A stretch of DNA of 64,000 bases from Ignavibacteriota bacterium (GCA_963776275.1 CAVZMI010000029.1:1-64000); one strand, 5' to 3'. Numbered from the stretch's first letter, positions 8,883 through 19,753 are shown. Notes: generated from the letters alone by a model not told the origin. Translations and numbers: made by a program.

Positions 8883-10244
8883 TTATATTGCCAAATTATT
8901 CAATACTACATCCATACTGTCCCCTGTCTCAATATTGATAATCTTTAGCCTTGCAAATCGTGGCAAGCTCTCGAATAATGGAATCGTTCCACTCCCGGCC
9001 GGATCCCCATCTTTGCTTGCCGTGACCGCATAATTCGATAGGTCAATATCCCTGAAGGCACTGATTTTCTTTATTTCAATCAAAATATCATCGTCTCTTA
9101 CGTCATCGGCTGAATTCCATGAACCATAATCTAAAAAGTCGGCTATAACATCAGCAGTCCTTGTGTATACGCTCTCCATTGTGTTCCCTGGTCGGATATA
9201 TGCTTTGAAGTTCACAAATATATCTGTCAGCACCATATTGACAACTGTTATCGTCTCAAAAGCCCGACAATTATCTTCGATGACTGACTGAATCGCATCA
9301 AGTTCTTCTTGGTCGAATGATAAACCAGATCGTGATGTAACAATAACTTTAATTCCTCCCGTATCTGTATCTTTTCGAGCGATTGCTCGTAGTACTTGGT
9401 CGTCGGCATCCATAGCCAGAGCCTCATAAAATGATTGTGTGCCCTGGTTCAGAATATCCAATATATTCCTTCTTCGTGTTCGCAACTGATCATCACTTTC
9501 TGTATCTAATCCGGTTCGCGGTTGTGTGGGAACTGGATTGATAATATTTGTCACTCCCGGTATCGGCGGACTTAATACACTAATTGTATTTGCAGCTGCA
9601 GCACCGGCCATACCTGCTATGGCAGCCACAGCCATACTTCTATTTCCAAGACTGATCGCTCGGGTCTGTGCCAGCAAAGCCGGATTATCCTTCCCCACAA
9701 CAATCCTATCGACCGTCGTATATCCTATACCGCTAACTGCCGATCGAACAACAGTTCCCTCTGGAATAACTGGCATCACATAGTATTTGCCTGATGATGG
9801 TGTACCGGTGACGGAAATAGTATTTTCATTATTTGAATTGATGGCAAACTCCGTACTCGATGAATCAATCAATACCCATGTTCCTATTTTAAACTGATTT
9901 TGTGTCCAATTTTTAGTAGTATCCGTTAGAAATCCGGATCCTACACTCGTCGATGTTCCAGACTCAACATCAGCATTCGCAACAAGTATTACAGTTGCAA
10001 TTATTGGACCCATACGTGTCATTCCTGAGTCTGTCGCCAATCTATCTAAATCTGAACCTTTTGCCGTATCCCACAAAAGACTCCTTTTTGTCTGAACAAG
10101 GTCAAACCATAACTCGGATATTGAGGCTGCAATCGCTGACAGTATTCCTCGCATAACTGAACCGCTGATAAAATTTGTCACTTTACTTTGCAGAGCGACA
10201 ACTAATTTTGTAAGATCGATGTTGATCTGATTTTGAGTTTTCAT
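8883..10244 (-). CDS. Baseplate J-like protein
   Basis: AKGSDLDRLA, GLDTESDDQLRTR motifs. Confidence 0.85.
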   Translation of the reverse strand: MKTQNQINIDLTKLVVALQSKVTNFISGSVMRGILSAIAASISELWFDLVQTKRSLLWDTAKGSDLDRLATDSGMTRMGPIIATVILVANADVESGTSTSVGSGFLTDTTKNWTQNQFKIGTWVLIDSSSTEFAINSNNENTISVTGTPSSGKYYVMPVIPEGTVVRSAVSGIGYTTVDRIVVGKDNPALLAQTRAISLGNRSMAVAAIAGMAGAAAANTISVLSPPIPGVTNIINPVPTQPRTGLDTESDDQLRTRRRNILDILNQGTQSFYEALAMDADDQVLRAIARKDTDTGGIKVIVTSRSGLSFDQEELDAIQSVIEDNCRAFETITVVNMVLTDIFVNFKAYIRPGNTMESVYTRTADVIADFLDYGSWNSADDVRDDDILIEIKKISAFRDIDLSNYAVTASKDGDPAGSGTIPLFESLPRFARLKIINIETGDSMDVVLNNLAI

Positions 10245-11083
10245 CAGCTATTTCCCCTCACAAAAACCGCCTGACCTATAATAGGTATGATCGTAACATC
10301 CGCCGAAAGCCCGGTTCCCTCTTTGTTAATCCGTGTTATTTCAACGTCTCTTACCCGAGGATCCTTTTTATAACTTTCAATAATTTTCATTTGCAAAAAA
10401 GATTCAATCGATTCCCTTACCCAATCCTCACCTACTTCAATATCGAGACCAAAATCTTCCTGATAGCTTATTTCTCCTTTTTGTGTCGTGGACAATATCT
10501 GCATCGATTGTTGAATCGTCTCCCTCGGTTCGAGAACTATAAAATCTCCCAATCCATCATCATCCAGCTCTTCGGTCAAATCATGGCCGAAAATATTTTC
10601 TCCGGTTTGATCGCCAAAAACCAAGATATCTTTCGTGATACGATCCGCTATTCTAACTGGAATGGGAATTAATATTGTGGATTGTTCATAAAATTCTTCC
10701 GTTGTAAGATTGTTATAAATAAGGATATCCTCCCACGCTATGCCGTATTTCATTTCTAATCCGCGTGGTGTATCAAGATCGGTGATCTCATGTGTTATGG
10801 TTATAATTACTTTTCCCATGCTTCCAGTCTCGAAATTCTGCGACCTGAATATCTCTTCAAGTTGATTTTTTGTAATACGTTCAAACATATGGATCGATCT
10901 CAATACCTGCAGCACGTTCATCGCTTTCTCTATCTCATACATAATTCTTGACCAATCCACCCGGGGATCGAGTTCGGGATCTTCTATAAAAGCAATTTGA
11001 TTCTCAATGACCGCATGCAAACTTTCATACTCATTCAACGCTGCGTCGACCTGAGCGTAATATTCTGATAATGTTAACGGCAT
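10244..11083 (-). CDS. Baseplate wedge gp25-like protein with LysM-like segment
   Basis: WEDILIYNNL LysM-like; T.KGEISYQEDFG and KDPRVRDV gp25 motifs. Confidence 0.75.
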   Translation of the reverse strand: MPLTLSEYYAQVDAALNEYESLHAVIENQIAFIEDPELDPRVDWSRIMYEIEKAMNVLQVLRSIHMFERITKNQLEEIFRSQNFETGSMGKVIITITHEITDLDTPRGLEMKYGIAWEDILIYNNLTTEEFYEQSTILIPIPVRIADRITKDILVFGDQTGENIFGHDLTEELDDDGLGDFIVLEPRETIQQSMQILSTTQKGEISYQEDFGLDIEVGEDWVRESIESFLQMKIIESYKKDPRVRDVEITRINKEGTGLSADVTIIPIIGQAVFVRGNS

Positions 11084-11084
11084 T

Positions 11085-11855
11085 TCATCCTCTTAAAAGA
11101 GCAAAATTACCATTCAGGACCTGTCCTACTGTGCCTGCTACTCCGTTAATCGCTTGTCCATAGATCGATCCCAAAATATTCAGGTTATCCACAACTCCTG
11201 ATAGTGTCTCTAACATGGCTATGGCATCTGTTATTTCCGAGGGTATATTGGCCGATAAATAATCGAGACCTTCATTCAAAATTGTAAACCCACCATCAAT
11301 GATCTGACTCGTGGCCAGCAATATCTTTAGATAAGAATCCTTTGAACCGCCATCGATTACGATTGGTTTCCCTATCGCTGTGAACGTAATTTGATACGTT
11401 GGTTCAAATGCATTCCGTCGAGCATCTATTCGGACCCTGAATGTATCGATATTGATACAATATTTCCGATCATAAATGAAATCATAATAATTCAGGGCAT
11501 AGATGTAATCCGGCTGATTTTTGTCAACCGGTCGCGATTGATGCGAGATCTCGAATACGTCCCAAAAATCAAGAAGCCTTGTATATCCATCCTTAAGGCC
11601 AATTCCATGTCGTCGTACCTTTAATCCAAATGTACCGCTCATCATCACAACCGGAAGCTTTGTTCCGAATCGGTCGACCAATGCCACATTGGGCACGGTC
11701 TGTGTTATTGCACTTCTGCCCCCAAAATCATAATCCAAAGTTCCAGGCTTTACAGACATAGGATAAACCAGGGTCTCTTCCCATTTGCCATTTTCAACAT
11801 TCACATTTTTCCGTACCAACTGAAATATTATGGCATCAGCCTTTTGAATTCTCAT
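11085..11855 (-). CDS. Tail tube initiator / baseplate protein
   Basis: R.AITQT...VDRFG...MSGTFG motif; position. Confidence 0.55.
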   Translation of the reverse strand: MRIQKADAIIFQLVRKNVNVENGKWEETLVYPMSVKPGTLDYDFGGRSAITQTVPNVALVDRFGTKLPVVMMSGTFGLKVRRHGIGLKDGYTRLLDFWDVFEISHQSRPVDKNQPDYIYALNYYDFIYDRKYCINIDTFRVRIDARRNAFEPTYQITFTAIGKPIVIDGGSKDSYLKILLATSQIIDGGFTILNEGLDYLSANIPSEITDAIAMLETLSGVVDNLNILGSIYGQAINGVAGTVGQVLNGNFALLRG

Positions 11856-12556
11856 CCTATCACTCCATTCATCTGTGAAGTTCCACTTCCGGCACCGGTA
11901 CCAGCTGCAGCTCCACCCATGACCGTATTATTTGTGAGATTTGTCGCATTACGCCATGACTCAAATTTTGTCTTTATACCATTAGAAAGTGCATCCACAA
12001 AATTTCTGACTATCGAATTTGCAAGATCGAAACCTGTTAGGCCACCCATTACATCATCAGCCAAACTCGTAAACTTTGTCGTCGTACCTCTTGAACTTAA
12101 TAGTATTGGTGCGTTGATAGCATTAAATGACCCGGGTGACGAGGGTGTCGCTGTCGATGTACCGGCGAACGTATCGCCTGCCATAGTGAACGAACTGATC
12201 CATTCATTGAATGCATCCTTTATTCTATTCTGAATCGACTGAGTCAATGTGGTCTCGCCGGCAGTTCCATATTTCGGATCTATAGAAAGTGAGAATGCAG
12301 TATCAAAAGCTCCTCCGGTCCCTGATCCGGTCCATGAACCCAAACCGGCTCCCGTCACCCCAACTCCACCAAATTTCACAGCACTTTGCCAATCACTCCA
12401 AGCCTGAGTCACGTCCTCACATATATGAGCGATGTAATCATCGAGATCTTTAGTGATTTGGCTTTCGCCTTTCGGCACCTCATTACCCGAATACTTGAAA
12501 TTTGAACCAAGCTCTGAAATTATTGCAGTTTTCAGCTCGGCACTCGTAGGAGTCAT
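11852..12556 (-). CDS. Gly-rich baseplate/spike-associated protein
   Basis: ORF track; position downstream of spike gene. Confidence 0.45.
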   Translation of the reverse strand: MTPTSAELKTAIISELGSNFKYSGNEVPKGESQITKDLDDYIAHICEDVTQAWSDWQSAVKFGGVGVTGAGLGSWTGSGTGGAFDTAFSLSIDPKYGTAGETTLTQSIQNRIKDAFNEWISSFTMAGDTFAGTSTATPSSPGSFNAINAPILLSSRGTTTKFTSLADDVMGGLTGFDLANSIVRNFVDALSNGIKTKFESWRNATNLTNNTVMGGAAAGTGAGSGTSQMNGVIG

Positions 12557-12557
12557 A

Positions 12558-13475
12558 TCAACCCGCCTTCACAGTTAATACACCAGGGAATGGTTTCCCC
12601 GTAAAGAGGCATGCCGGCGTCGCTGTCTGATCCGTCAAAACCTTCCCGGTTTGACCATTCATACATATCTTGGTTGCGTCAATTTTTGCATCTCCTTCAA
12701 CTTTTATCTCAATATCTTTTTTTCCCGTTACCGAGATTTTATCCTTAGTCAATTCAATAACATTCTCATTTTTGTCATGCAACCTGATTTTTTCGGCATC
12801 CTTTGTACCATCTATTATAATAGTCTGGATTGTGCTTCCTTCCGTATCGATTTGGTTCAATTGCACATTGCCGGTCACATTCAGCGATAATGTGCCTCCG
12901 GCCCCTTCCTGTCCCTTAAGAGTAATCGATATATTTCCTGTCCCTCCATCGTTTTTCTTCTGATCATCTTTTTTCTTTGCTTCAATCAAAAGATTGATGC
13001 CACCCTTTCCATCGTTCTCGAATTCATAGATGTAATTGTCGTTCTCATATCTTTCCGGTTGGCGGTCAAGATTTTGCGGATCGAATCTTAAAAATTTATG
13101 TTGAGTAATTATGGACATCGGTTCAATGGCGCCTTCAATGAGCGGATTATGTACGTCTCCACCAAGATAACTCACCTTCAGTCGGTCTCCGGTCGATAAA
13201 ACTTTAATTGTGCCGTCCGATTGGTTCTCGTAAATGTATGGTCGTGGAAATTTCTTTTTCCCCTCTTTTGTATTCGATACTTCCAGCATAAATTGGATCT
13301 CGCTCAGAGTATGAAGTACTCCCGAATGCTCAACGAACAACTGAATTGTATCGGGTTTACCCTTTTCCATGAGTAAAATACCTATCATCGGATAAAATAT
13401 CGCGTTATCCTGTCCGGGAAATGGACCGTATTTGTATTCGCTCACAAATCCAAGTTGTTCCACTCTCTGAATCAT
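12558..13475 (-). CDS. Baseplate central spike (gpV/gp5-like)
   Basis: GDRLKVSYLGGDVHNPLIEG OB-fold motif; C-terminal beta-helix-like repeats; CLFTGKP tip. Confidence 0.65.
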   Translation of the reverse strand: MIQRVEQLGFVSEYKYGPFPGQDNAIFYPMIGILLMEKGKPDTIQLFVEHSGVLHTLSEIQFMLEVSNTKEGKKKFPRPYIYENQSDGTIKVLSTGDRLKVSYLGGDVHNPLIEGAIEPMSIITQHKFLRFDPQNLDRQPERYENDNYIYEFENDGKGGINLLIEAKKKDDQKKNDGGTGNISITLKGQEGAGGTLSLNVTGNVQLNQIDTEGSTIQTIIIDGTKDAEKIRLHDKNENVIELTKDKISVTGKKDIEIKVEGDAKIDATKICMNGQTGKVLTDQTATPACLFTGKPFPGVLTVKAG

Positions 13476-15262
13476 TCAGTTATTCCTGGTCTTTCTTGAT
13501 TAATTTTCCCCAGTATTGTTTCTGTCTGGACCTTATAAACATCATTATCTACTCCTGCCCTTTTATCGAAATTTGCTTGCTTGGCATAATCCTGAATCTG
13601 TTGCGGATGATGTCCCCTGTTCAGACTCAAGGTTGTATCCCATCCCCTTAAAAATTGCCAGTTTTGATCCACAGTAAGAACTTGGAATTCCATCCCCGCT
13701 TCATATTCTTGGATCTTATCTTCGGTCACCAAACCTCTGCATTTCTCATCTTTGAGCACTACCTTTGAGCCAACAAACACATTCCGCCCCCATATCTTGA
13801 TCTTTCCGCTCTCCATGATATGATTGTATCTGTTCCAACGCCAGACCCGGTCACGTTTCACCGATGTAATACATTTCTGAACACTTTTTGCTCCGAGATC
13901 GGGATCCGACGTTTTGACCATATCGATCACATTACTATAGGAACCATCAACCGTTTTTTTAAGCAGATTTCTGTTGAATGAAATTCCAAATCCGAGATAA
14001 TCTTTCTGCAAATCCTCATCGGTTACCTCGCTCAATAGAAATGGTTCTGTAGTACGCGGTGCCATTTTGGTTGATGCTAAAAATTCACGGAGTCCGAAAT
14101 TCTTCATTTGTCCGACATCGACCAAAGGATAATTAAAACCCTCTTCTCCCAATTCGCTTGCTGATATCAAATCTCTATCGCCAAAAACTCTATATAGTGT
14201 AAACATTTCTTCATCGGAAACACCCAGTCCGACTTCCAAATATTCCTCCTCACCGATTTCATGTATCTCATTCGTCACCGGACATGTCAGCTGCTCCCAT
14301 GTCGGTAGAGTTATACCATGTCTTACTCCGTCCGATTGACTCTCATCCGATTCAACACCTCTGAGCAATTCTTTCACACTTATACCATCACTATCAATTT
14401 CCCAATCATGGTCATAGGGTTTTGGCCTAAGAAATAGACATGGCCGTGCAATATCCGTATCGTTCAGCAAGGTCTTTGCCGGCAATGTGTCAATCCAAAG
14501 ATCATAAAATGGTTCATCGATGATCGCTTGCATATAATTGATGATCGATCCGGCATATTTGTTCATGTTATAATCCAACACCTTATCCTCGGCATAAGCC
14601 AACAATTTCGACCGGAAGAAATCCAATGGTTCTTTCACACCGCCCAGATCATCTACCCGTAGCCTCATCGCCGGCATATTGGCCAAAATCCATTGTATTA
14701 CACGAGGAACATACGAATCGGCAAAAATATTATCTTCTTTAGTTCCCCCGCGATAAAGGTCCATAAACTGTAATCGTAAAGCATTTTTCCCAAACGCTTT
14801 GACCACATCCGGATCGGTTGCCAATGTTGGAGCTTTTACAATATTGTCGGTGATAAATAGTTTTGTCGCATCGCGGCCGCGTACTGCAATCCCACGTTGG
14901 ACATGATTATTCTCCATCCATTTCGTTTTATATACGTTATCAACGAAGCCGACCATAATATCTTGTTGAAATAAAAAACTTGTATCCGGATCAGGAGCTT
15001 CAACCGCAATGAGCACCATATCCATTGGTCTAATGCTTCGATAGACAAACGACTCGAAATTATCCTTTGTAATCACCATGCCGCCAATTTCTGTCACGGG
15101 ATTCGGTGCCGGCGTCAACATGACTTCCCATGTCCCGGCTTCGGCCGATAACGATTTCCGCGTATGAAATCTCACCAGGAAAGAACTCAAGTCTCTCCAA
15201 TCTTCTTTTGGAGCGCTGTAATTGATAAATATTCCTCTTGTAGCTCTTATATTATCTAACAT
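13472..15262 (-). CDS. Baseplate hub protein
   Basis: VGFVDNV..GRDATKLF motif; position after tape measure. Confidence 0.65.
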   Translation of the reverse strand: MLDNIRATRGIFINYSAPKEDWRDLSSFLVRFHTRKSLSAEAGTWEVMLTPAPNPVTEIGGMVITKDNFESFVYRSIRPMDMVLIAVEAPDPDTSFLFQQDIMVGFVDNVYKTKWMENNHVQRGIAVRGRDATKLFITDNIVKAPTLATDPDVVKAFGKNALRLQFMDLYRGGTKEDNIFADSYVPRVIQWILANMPAMRLRVDDLGGVKEPLDFFRSKLLAYAEDKVLDYNMNKYAGSIINYMQAIIDEPFYDLWIDTLPAKTLLNDTDIARPCLFLRPKPYDHDWEIDSDGISVKELLRGVESDESQSDGVRHGITLPTWEQLTCPVTNEIHEIGEEEYLEVGLGVSDEEMFTLYRVFGDRDLISASELGEEGFNYPLVDVGQMKNFGLREFLASTKMAPRTTEPFLLSEVTDEDLQKDYLGFGISFNRNLLKKTVDGSYSNVIDMVKTSDPDLGAKSVQKCITSVKRDRVWRWNRYNHIMESGKIKIWGRNVFVGSKVVLKDEKCRGLVTEDKIQEYEAGMEFQVLTVDQNWQFLRGWDTTLSLNRGHHPQQIQDYAKQANFDKRAGVDNDVYKVQTETILGKINQERPGITE

Positions 15263-15263
15263 C

Positions 15264-18200
15264 TTAATTCTTTCTTGGAGACATTGTACCTCTTGGTGAT
15301 TGCGGAATTTGGTGAGCTTCTGGCTTGTTTTCCGTTGTTACTTCGACCTTTACATTGAACACTTGACCGGCATCAATCTCTATTCGTGCTTCATTTCCCT
15401 GGTTGCCATTGACATGCACCACTGGTTCTGAATCTCTGAACGATATTCGAAGTGAATCCGGAGTTTGAAGGTCTTCTGTTTTATTTTTCGACTTTTTAAG
15501 TTTTGATTTATCAGAAGTTAAAAATTGACTTTCTGATATTGGATTTGTAATACTTCTCAACCATGCAGGTTGTTCCTCAACCGGATTCGCAAGACTACCC
15601 ATACCGGTATATATAGGTTCCTGAATCTTCTTATCACGAACAGAAGCAGTAGTTGTGGGATATATGATTTTTGCCTTTTCATCGGGGATTTTATTTAATT
15701 GTAACCAGGGTGGTAATGGCTGCTCTTCATTTTTCCCACGAATAGAACCGGTGGTTACGGAATAGTCAGTCTTTGTCTTTTCATCGGGAACTTTATTTAA
15801 TTGTAACCAGGGTGGTAATGGCTGCTCTTCATTTTTCCCACGAATAGAACCGGTGGTTACGGAATAGTCAGTCTTTGTCTTTTCATCGGGAACTTTATTT
15901 AATTGTAACCAGGGTGGTAATGGCTGCTCTTCATTTTTCCCACGAATAGAACCGGTGGTTACGGAATAGTCAGTCTTTGTCTTTTCATCGGGAACTTTAC
16001 TCTTTTGTAAACGGAATGGTAAAGGTTGTTCATTCGCAAGACTTCCTTTATTTTTCAGAGAAGCAGATAACTTTTTTAATTCTTCATCTGATATGGGCTT
16101 AACAATAGATGCATTAAGTTGTGGACTCATATCCGGATTATATTTATTCTTCAATTCTTGTAATGCTTCTTTTTCAGTTTTCCAACCCGGATAGGATTTT
16201 TTCATCATTTCATCGTATGCTTTTGGGTTTGTTTCTTTCAAAATCTCCAACATACTATCCCGTGTAGTACTGAGAATAGCCTTCATCTGATCCTGGATGC
16301 CGGTTGTTGCAACAACCGCATTCAGCCATTTCTCATGTTCTGTCGCCAAATTTTCCATGTAACCTTGAATCTTTCGGCCAGCTTCCACACCCGACTCGGC
16401 TCTTGTAGCCGCAGCTTTCTCACCAAGTGGCACATTTCCCGTTAAAATACTCTCTCCTAAATGTTTCTTAACAGACTCCTTATACTCCGGAGAGTCTTTT
16501 TCGAACTTCTTTGATGCGAATTCTCGTGCTTGGCGAAGATTTTTGAGTATCTCATCCCTTCCCCCTTCTTTTTTCATCTTCTCCATAAATTTTTCTACAA
16601 GCTCAGGGTTCATATCTTTTAAACTACTCAATGAGAATATTATTTTCTCTTCTTCACCCTTTGAAATACCCTTTAAGTAGGATTCCAAATTATCTCCGCC
16701 CCATAATCCCTTTCTCTCTCGCATTTTTGTTTGCATAAAACTGTCTTCCGGATGAGCTTTACGCAAAGAGCTGAATAAAAATGCTTCTTCCGCTTCACTT
16801 TTCGGTGTAAATAAACCGGACATCATCTGTCCAACTTGCCGTCTCTTTCCCTCATCCTCGCTTGCCCATTTCGCAATATCTTTTCCCATGACACTCGGCA
16901 TTTGAATCATTGTCCACGCTGCCTTACCAGTATCCTCCTTCGAAAAAAGAACGCGTGACGCTTGTTCAAAATAAGTGGGGAAAGATTTTAAGAATTCACC
17001 GACTTGTGCCTGACTGATATTGAGCTTATCCATCACCAATTTTACTTTGCGCGTTTCGTCGGATGTAAATTCCTCTCCCGCAAACCGACTCACCCGGCTC
17101 AGTCCCATAACCGTCTGTGCATCGACTCTCGTTTCACGTTGGAAGGCAATTAATCCATGCAGCACTGAATTCTGGAGATCTCGAGGTAAGTCTTTACCAC
17201 GTGATTCAATCATGGTCAATGCCATCTGCCTCAATTCGTCCGGCATCACTCCATATTTACTGCTCATACCGGCAAATCGTTTCCCAGCTTCTTCGCCGGT
17301 ACCTGCAAATCCTCTGGCGGCAAGCGTGTATTCCAGGCTTTGCACTGGTGCAAACGCCTGAACATTCTGTTGTCCCTTAGTGAAAAATGTATTGAAAAGC
17401 TTTTTCTGTGCTTCTTTATCTGCGGTCAAATATGTACCGACAGCCGAGCCGATTTGTTCGGAAATCATACTACCAATATAACTTCCGGCCATGGCCCCTG
17501 AAACTGCTCCAACTCCAAACGTACCCGCTCCACCAACAATACCACCAACTATTCCACCGGCTACTGAACCGAATGTACCTGATCCTCTTTTCCACATTGT
17601 CTGAGTCTCATAGATATCTCGTTCCATCATTGCATTAGCCATGGCCTGCGGTGATGTAAGGTCGAACATTGTTCTACGCGCATGGTACAGATCTGCTACC
17701 ATGTTCATACCCTGACCAATCGCATTGATCGCTGGCCCGATATAAGCTGGTAGCATGCGGCCGCCTCTCTCGGCCTTATCCCCAATACCCTTCATTGATT
17801 CTTCTATAGTCTGCGATTCACCACGTATCTTCTTGAGTGCTTGATAATTTCTATTTAGATATTCTTCTGTTCGCTCCAGCTCCGCGGCCTGCTTCTTCGG
17901 CGACATCGACATGAAATTATCTAACAGATCTTCAATGTCTTTCATCGTCGATGACTCAAGTTTCCGGGCATCGCCCAATGCTCTTTTACCAAACTCTTTT
18001 GTGAATTCTTTTGTGAGCTTTAACTGTTCCGGATCCTTGATCTGTTTGAGACCTGCAAGTTGTGTTTGATAAAGTTGGTAAGAAGGCATATCGACCAACG
18101 TCGACGGCAATTCTGGTATGGCTTTACCGGTGGTGATAGGTCTCGGTACGTGTTTTTGAAGCGGTCGATATCCCGATGGTTCCGGACCTTGGGTTGTTGG

Positions 18201-18449
18201 CGGTTCTTTCCCTGGTTCTACTGCCTGGGGTGGTAATCCAACTGGAGGTGGCAATCCTAAAGCGGTTGGTGGGGCTTCCGTTGGGGCCGGTGGTCTTCCA
18301 CCGCCCTTCCCGATCTGCAATGCTTCTTGTTCCAACGAGCGCACTTCATTGCGTACCTGCGTCGATAGACGCTGTACGCCTTCCGACACATTCCCCGGAT
18401 CCCAATGCGCTTTTATCCCTATTTTTACTTCGTTATCAACACCACCCAT
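15264..18449 (-). CDS. Tape measure protein
   Basis: 1061 aa, helical, Gly/Ala-rich TM-like stretch; follows tail chaperones. Confidence 0.75.
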   Translation of the reverse strand: MGGVDNEVKIGIKAHWDPGNVSEGVQRLSTQVRNEVRSLEQEALQIGKGGGRPPAPTEAPPTALGLPPPVGLPPQAVEPGKEPPTTQGPEPSGYRPLQKHVPRPITTGKAIPELPSTLVDMPSYQLYQTQLAGLKQIKDPEQLKLTKEFTKEFGKRALGDARKLESSTMKDIEDLLDNFMSMSPKKQAAELERTEEYLNRNYQALKKIRGESQTIEESMKGIGDKAERGGRMLPAYIGPAINAIGQGMNMVADLYHARRTMFDLTSPQAMANAMMERDIYETQTMWKRGSGTFGSVAGGIVGGIVGGAGTFGVGAVSGAMAGSYIGSMISEQIGSAVGTYLTADKEAQKKLFNTFFTKGQQNVQAFAPVQSLEYTLAARGFAGTGEEAGKRFAGMSSKYGVMPDELRQMALTMIESRGKDLPRDLQNSVLHGLIAFQRETRVDAQTVMGLSRVSRFAGEEFTSDETRKVKLVMDKLNISQAQVGEFLKSFPTYFEQASRVLFSKEDTGKAAWTMIQMPSVMGKDIAKWASEDEGKRRQVGQMMSGLFTPKSEAEEAFLFSSLRKAHPEDSFMQTKMRERKGLWGGDNLESYLKGISKGEEEKIIFSLSSLKDMNPELVEKFMEKMKKEGGRDEILKNLRQAREFASKKFEKDSPEYKESVKKHLGESILTGNVPLGEKAAATRAESGVEAGRKIQGYMENLATEHEKWLNAVVATTGIQDQMKAILSTTRDSMLEILKETNPKAYDEMMKKSYPGWKTEKEALQELKNKYNPDMSPQLNASIVKPISDEELKKLSASLKNKGSLANEQPLPFRLQKSKVPDEKTKTDYSVTTGSIRGKNEEQPLPPWLQLNKVPDEKTKTDYSVTTGSIRGKNEEQPLPPWLQLNKVPDEKTKTDYSVTTGSIRGKNEEQPLPPWLQLNKIPDEKAKIIYPTTTASVRDKKIQEPIYTGMGSLANPVEEQPAWLRSITNPISESQFLTSDKSKLKKSKNKTEDLQTPDSLRISFRDSEPVVHVNGNQGNEARIEIDAGQVFNVKVEVTTENKPEAHQIPQSPRGTMSPRKN
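15676..16010 (-). repeat. 102-bp (34-aa) tandem repeat, ~3 copies, in tape measure C-terminus
   Basis: tgctcttcatttttcccacg at 15721, 15823 and 15925; unit EEQPLPPWLQLNKVPDEKTKTDYSVTTGSIRGKN. Confidence 0.95.
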
Positions 18450-18452
18450 TTA

Positions 18453-18818
18453 TCACTCCAGGAATTTATTCAGTGATTCAGCGATTCTCTCTTTCTCCCG
18501 ATCATTCTCCTCTGGATTTAATTCTCTCTTTTTGAGGAACTTGTTCGTCTCCGTGTCCCAACTCTCAAAATCTACGATATATTGTATAGCCTGCTCCTCA
18601 ACCGCATCCTCCAGTATTTGAGTTAACGTCGCATCCAGATATCGTGGATCGTTACTTGAATAATTGTATTTCCTTTTCCACCAAGTGATGATCGTTTTAC
18701 ACCGCTTCACGTACTTCTGGAAATTACGCGACCGGATCCTTGCCGCATCATCCTTCAGATTTATCAGCTTTAGTAGGTTCTGCTGTCCCTTCAGAATCTC
18801 CGGTGCGAAAAAATCCAC
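18453..18818 (-). CDS. Tail assembly chaperone, C-terminal (T) frame
   Basis: WWKRKYNYSSNDPRYLDAT motif; overlaps upstream chaperone ORF. Confidence 0.65.
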   Translation of the reverse strand: MDFFAPEILKGQQNLLKLINLKDDAARIRSRNFQKYVKRCKTIITWWKRKYNYSSNDPRYLDATLTQILEDAVEEQAIQYIVDFESWDTETNKFLKKRELNPEENDREKERIAESLNKFLE

Positions 18819-19158
18819 GCGCCTTTGCGAACTCTGCGGTCAATGCATCGAATTGTTCAACGCTCAGTTTATCAAGCGAAAAACCTTTCGGTTGATCGAT
18901 GAGTGATGCTTTCAGGGTATAATATTCTTCTGAGCGCATAAGGTGCACGGCCGCCGTCTCAGCCAGATTGCGTTCGTACGGATCTGCAGAATCTCGATGA
19001 GTTCTGATAATAGCCTGCAGTTTGGCAAGTTCCTGAAATCCGCCAAGAAATCTTGCAATTTCTTTTTCTCTCTCATAAAAGAGAGATGCGGCAGGCATCT
19101 CTTTGAAGGCGGTGAACTTTCCCAATCCTTTGACTTCAAATTCTACTTGATTTTGCAT
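18748..19158 (-). CDS. Tail assembly chaperone (G frame)
   Basis: Between tube and tape measure; TTT TTT CGC slippery site near 3' end. Confidence 0.65.
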   Translation of the reverse strand: MQNQVEFEVKGLGKFTAFKEMPAASLFYEREKEIARFLGGFQELAKLQAIIRTHRDSADPYERNLAETAAVHLMRSEEYYTLKASLIDQPKGFSLDKLSVEQFDALTAEFAKARGFFRTGDSEGTAEPTKADKSEG

Positions 19159-19179
19159 GGGGGGTCCTTATTATAGTTT

Positions 19180-19701
19180 TTATAGTGATTGCCATCTTAC
19201 ATTCCGATGGATTTGGCCTACATGTGTCTTTGAAATTCCAAACATGTTTGCAATTTCAGGTTGAGAATATTTCCCTTTCAATTCCCGTATTTTTAAAACT
19301 TGTTCTTCTGATAGTTTTGCTTGGGGATGCCTCGTCCCTTCTAAGAGTGTCCCATCTCTCTTCTTGTCCGCATTATAATTTTTCTTTTTTGTACCCCAGG
19401 AAAGATTTTTCAGAGAATCATCAGCTTTGCCATTGGGACCGTGACAAGTCTCCATATTAGGAGGTGGGGGACCCACGAAGGATAGGAGAACAAGCCTGCA
19501 GACACGTTCATTTCTATGTTCTTTTGGTCCCTTATATAAAACCAAATAATTGTAACCTTTAGTATCTTTGCCCGGTCTAAGTTTTCTCATACGGATAGTA
19601 TCACTTCGCTTGTCGCTCATCCTTCTCTTCATGGAAAAGATTTCACCTTTATCGGAGGCAAAATAATCTGGATATCCCGGGATGGGTCTGATCTCGGCCA
19701 T
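19180..19701 (-). CDS. NUMOD4-HNH homing endonuclease
   Basis: IRPIPGYPDYFASDKGEI (NUMOD4); RLVLLSFVG..CHGPNG..NLSWGT..N (HNH); C-terminal HTH. Confidence 0.9.
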   Translation of the reverse strand: MAEIRPIPGYPDYFASDKGEIFSMKRRMSDKRSDTIRMRKLRPGKDTKGYNYLVLYKGPKEHRNERVCRLVLLSFVGPPPPNMETCHGPNGKADDSLKNLSWGTKKKNYNADKKRDGTLLEGTRHPQAKLSEEQVLKIRELKGKYSQPEIANMFGISKTHVGQIHRNVRWQSL

Positions 19702-19726
19702 TGGCTCCTCGTAGATGATATTAATA

Positions 19727-19753
19727 CCCGGCTCGCGCTGAAAACGAGCCGGG
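19727..19753 (-). terminator. Stem-loop after tail tube gene
   Basis: cccggctcg-9nt-cgagccggg. Confidence 0.5.
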
